Below, piece by piece: positions 61,273 through 64,000 of a stretch of 64,000 nt of DNA (positions are counted from its first letter, which is position 1; every line of letters starts with the position of its first letter). The notes beneath the pieces were generated by a model, which saw only the letters and a program-made list of their open reading frames with translations, did not search any database and had not been told where the DNA came from. The stretch is from Pirellulales bacterium (GTDB lineage Bacteria; Planctomycetota; Planctomycetia; Pirellulales; JAICIG01): assembly GCA_040901675.1 (NCBI GenBank), contig JBBDYJ010000006.1:61288-125287 (forward strand), given 5' to 3'. The translations under genes and the position numbers were made by a program.

Positions 61273-61408
61273 ACCCCGACGGGGGTCACACTCTTGGGAC
61301 ACTACCCGCGGCCGCTGTGCGTTGACTTGGCGACGGTGCTCATCGCACAATGGCAGGTGGCCATTAGGGCCGTGATTTGATCTTGCGGAACTGCCTTGCC
61401 CAGGCGAC

Positions 61409-62017
61409 ATGGCTACGATATCACTCCCGGCACTCGACGTCCTGGCGCTGGCCCCATTCCCCGTGCGGCGGTTCACGGTGGAGGAGTATCATCGCCTGGG
61501 CAAGCTCGGCGTCTTGACCGAAGACGATCGCGTCGAACTGCTGGACGGATGGATTGTCCCCAAGACGAATCTGAATCCTTCGCACAGCGTCAGCGTACAG
61601 CTCGTTGACGACGCGGTGCGAAAACAGTTGCCGGCCGGCTGGTGCATTCGCATTCAAGACGCCATTACGACCGCGGACAGCGAACCGGAGCCGGACGTCG
61701 CCGTCGTTCGGGGCTCAATTCGCGACTACACGAGCCGGCATCCGGGGCCAGACGATATCGGCCTGGTCGTGGAGGTTGCCGATACGTCGCTCGCCCGCGA
61801 TCGCTACAAGTGCGCTCTGTATGGACGCTCGGCGATCGCTGCGTATTGGATCGTCAATTTGATCGACCGGCGGATCGAGGTGTACGGCGACCCAACGGGA
61901 TTGGACGCCAATCCCGGCTATCGGCGGCGCGCCGATTACGGCGAGGATGATCAAGTGCCCCTGTTCGTCGACGGCCGGGAGATCGCCCGCCTGCAGGTTC
62001 GCGATTTATTGCCCTAG
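61409..62017 (+). CDS. Uma2-family (PD-(D/E)XK-like) endonuclease
   Basis: RRFTVEEYHR, VELLDG, SEPEPDVAVV, LVVEVADTS, YWIVNL. Confidence 0.9.
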   Translation: MATISLPALDVLALAPFPVRRFTVEEYHRLGKLGVLTEDDRVELLDGWIVPKTNLNPSHSVSVQLVDDAVRKQLPAGWCIRIQDAITTADSEPEPDVAVVRGSIRDYTSRHPGPDDIGLVVEVADTSLARDRYKCALYGRSAIAAYWIVNLIDRRIEVYGDPTGLDANPGYRRRADYGEDDQVPLFVDGREIARLQVRDLLP

Positions 62018-62069
62018 CGAAGCTCGCCGGCACGGCGTGCAGTCTAGAGCATCCGGAATCGTCTCTTCT

Positions 62070-62465
62070 TTATCCCCTTGTCGCCTTGTCGCCTTGTCCC
62101 CCGGTCGTGTCTTCCCCCCTTGTCGCCTTGTCGCCTGGTCCGCCGGTCGTGTCGTCCGCCGGCAGACGGAGCTGCACCTCGTCCCCCTCCACGCGGACCT
62201 CGAAATGGTCGACCTTCAGTTTCGGGTTGTCACGCCAGATGCCGTCGCAGACGCTGAACCGCCAGGCGTGCCAGGGGCAGGTCACCACCCCTTCGTGGAC
62301 CTCGCCGGCCCCCAGCGAGGCGCCCATGTGAGGGCAGGAATCGTCGATGGCGAAGTACTGGCCATCCACGAAAAACACGGCCACCAGCCGCCCCCCGACG
62401 ACAAACGTCGCCCCGCGACCCTCGGGAATCGAACCTGTCTTGGTTACCGTGACAAACTCAGACAT
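62070..62465 (-). CDS. Rieske [2Fe-2S] ferredoxin (NirD-like)
   Basis: CPHMG...CPWH; repeat-derived C-terminal tail. Confidence 0.88.
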   Translation of the reverse strand: MSEFVTVTKTGSIPEGRGATFVVGGRLVAVFFVDGQYFAIDDSCPHMGASLGAGEVHEGVVTCPWHAWRFSVCDGIWRDNPKLKVDHFEVRVEGDEVQLRLPADDTTGGPGDKATRGEDTTGGQGDKATRG

Positions 62466-62631
62466 GAGAAAGCGGGAGGGAGGAAGGAAAAAGCAGGAAG
62501 AGCCAGCCCAATTCTATAGCCGCCCTACGCCACGGCCAACCCGGCCCACAAACCGCAATTGAACCCCAAATCCCTTGCCATCGCCGGGTCTCCTGCCCAG
62601 AATGGTCGCTTGGATGCGACCTGATTCAAGC

Positions 62632-62684
62632 GACGGCACACGGAGTGTGCCTGCTACTTTGGGGCACGGAGTGTGGCCTGCTAC
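62632..62684 (-). repeat. Two GTAG-type REP-like elements
   Basis: GACGGCACACGGAGTGTGCCTGCTAC plus a degenerate tandem copy; related copy at 43328-43353. Confidence 0.75.
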
Positions 62685-62709
62685 TTTGGCTGAGAGAGAC
62701 TCCGTTGCG

Positions 62710-63507
62710 ATGCGAACTAACCCGGTCAAAAATACCCTCCGCTCCGGAAAACCTTCGTTCGGCACCTGGCTGTCGCTGGGCGACCTGTACGCCACGCGCG
62801 TGCTGGCCCGCAGCGGCTTCGACTGGCTGACGCTCGATATCGAGCACTCGGCCATCGACTGGTCGCAGGCGGCCATGATCTTCGGCTGCATCGCCGACGC
62901 CGGCGGCGTGCCGCTGGCCCGCGTGCCCAAGGGCAACCACGACTACATCAAGCGCGTGCTCGACGCCGGCGCCTGGGGCATCGTGGTGCCCATGGTCGAT
63001 ACGGTCGAGCAGGCCCAGATCGCCATCCGCGCCGCCAAGTATCCGCCCCAGGGCAACCGCAGCCTGGGGGGCGGCATGCACGCCATCAACTTCGACACCA
63101 ACAGCGGCGAGTATTTCAAGAAGGCCAACGACGAGATACTCGTCGTGCTGCAGACCGAGAGTCCCACCGGCGTGGCCAACGCCGAGGCTATTTACTCGCT
63201 GCCGGGAGTCGACGCCATCTTCGTGGGCCCGGTCGACCTGCGGGCCCAGATGCGGGCGCCCGACGGCAAGGAGGCCACCGACGCCGAGTTCGAAGAAATG
63301 CTGGCCCGCGTTGTCGCCGCCGGCAAGAAGACCGGCACGCCCACCGGCATGCACACCATGGACGCCCAGGCCGCTCGGGCGCGCGCCGCGCAGGGCATGC
63401 AGTTCATCGCCATCGGCAGCGAGCTGCGCTTCATGACGCAAAAGGCCCAGGAAGTGCTCCGCGCCGTTCGCCCCGAGGTCGGCGACAAGGAGCTCGCCCG
63501 CTATTAA
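62710..63507 (+). CDS. HpcH/HpaI aldolase family protein
   Basis: [37 protein letters not shown]. Confidence 0.92.
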   Translation: MRTNPVKNTLRSGKPSFGTWLSLGDLYATRVLARSGFDWLTLDIEHSAIDWSQAAMIFGCIADAGGVPLARVPKGNHDYIKRVLDAGAWGIVVPMVDTVEQAQIAIRAAKYPPQGNRSLGGGMHAINFDTNSGEYFKKANDEILVVLQTESPTGVANAEAIYSLPGVDAIFVGPVDLRAQMRAPDGKEATDAEFEEMLARVVAAGKKTGTPTGMHTMDAQAARARAAQGMQFIAIGSELRFMTQKAQEVLRAVRPEVGDKELARY

Positions 63508-63516
63508 CCGGCTGCC

Positions 63517-64000
63517 ATGAGCGTTTACCTGCTCGCCACGCTCGATACCAAGGGGCACGAAGCCGCCTTTGTCCGCGACCTCTTGGCCGCCGCCGGTATC
63601 GAATCCCTGCTGGTCGATACCGGCTGCCTGGGCCAGCCGGCGGTCACGCCCGATATCCCCCGCCAACGCGTCTTTGCCGCCGCCGGCGCTAACCTCGACG
63701 ATCTGGCCGCACGGCGCGACCGCGGCCAGGCCGTGGCGGCCGCCGCCCAGGGGGCCGCCCGCCTGATCGCCGAACTGCACTCGCAAGGGAAGGTCTCCGG
63801 CGTGCTGGCCATCGGCGGCTCGGCCGGCACCACGATCGGCACCGCGGCCATGCGGGCCTTGCCGTTGGGCGTTCCCAAGCTGATGGTCAGCACGTTGGCC
63901 TCCGGCCAGGTGCGGCACTACGTCGCCGACAAAGACATCTGCATGCTCAACTCGGTGGTCGATATCCTGGGCCTCAACCGCATCAGCCGCGCGGTGCTCG
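63517..64000 (+). CDS. Tm-1-like ATP-binding (UPF0261) protein, partial at the window end
   Basis: LATLDTKGHE, GGSAGT, LPLGVPKLMVST.ASG, DI.GLN translated by eye from ATG 63517. Confidence 0.85.
   Translation, partial: MSVYLLATLDTKGHEAAFVRDLLAAAGIESLLVDTGCLGQPAVTPDIPRQRVFAAAGANLDDLAARRDRGQAVAAAAQGAARLIAELHSQGKVSGVLAIGGSAGTTIGTAAMRALPLGVPKLMVSTLASGQVRHYVADKDICMLNSVVDILGLNRISRAVL

Larger units (their letters stand above)
57621..61306. mobile_element. IS1-family element with passenger genes (3,686 bp)
   Basis: IRs GGTAGTGTCCTAAGAGTGTG (57621-57640) and CACACTCTTGGGACACTACC (61287-61306), 19/20 match; CGCGGCCG duplicated at 57613-57620 and 61307-61314. Confidence 0.93.

Noticed and set aside
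61409..62017. Uma2 gene as transposon cargo
   Set aside because: It lies outside the right IR and target duplication (61287-61314).

Overview
GC-rich bacterial DNA, very probably Planctomycetota (Pirellulales-like). This is inferred from DUF1501, DUF1549/DUF1553, DUF1570, DUF1080 and DUF3500-type genes and many Tat-exported proteins. Most of the window is core or metabolic: nnrD, larB, an M24 peptidase, accBC, a PPi-type pfk, flgM, a Fur-family regulator, purB, xylA, argG, trpBA, mutM, a diadenylate cyclase, a GGDEF protein and a pcs-like gene. Three accessory patches stand out. (1) A 3,686-bp IS1-family element (57621-61306) has 20-bp terminal inverted repeats and an 8-bp target duplication. 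It carries a triply frameshifted transposase, a divergent RHH-type regulator with a visible operator/promoter pair, a DUF433-like/PIN toxin-antitoxin pair and three small membrane proteins. (2) A compact DUF488-DUF488-'dual-OB'-like operon (50125-51863) is a candidate nucleic-acid repair or defence system. (3) A nested structure at 21160-21396 consists of a 99-bp MITE with a TTA duplication, inside an AT-rich hairpin, inside 27-bp direct repeats, and it truncates a gene. Intergenic DNA holds many REP-like palindromes and heptamer/octamer tandem repeats. No rRNA, tRNA or CRISPR array was seen. All family assignments come from motif recognition by eye, not from database searches.
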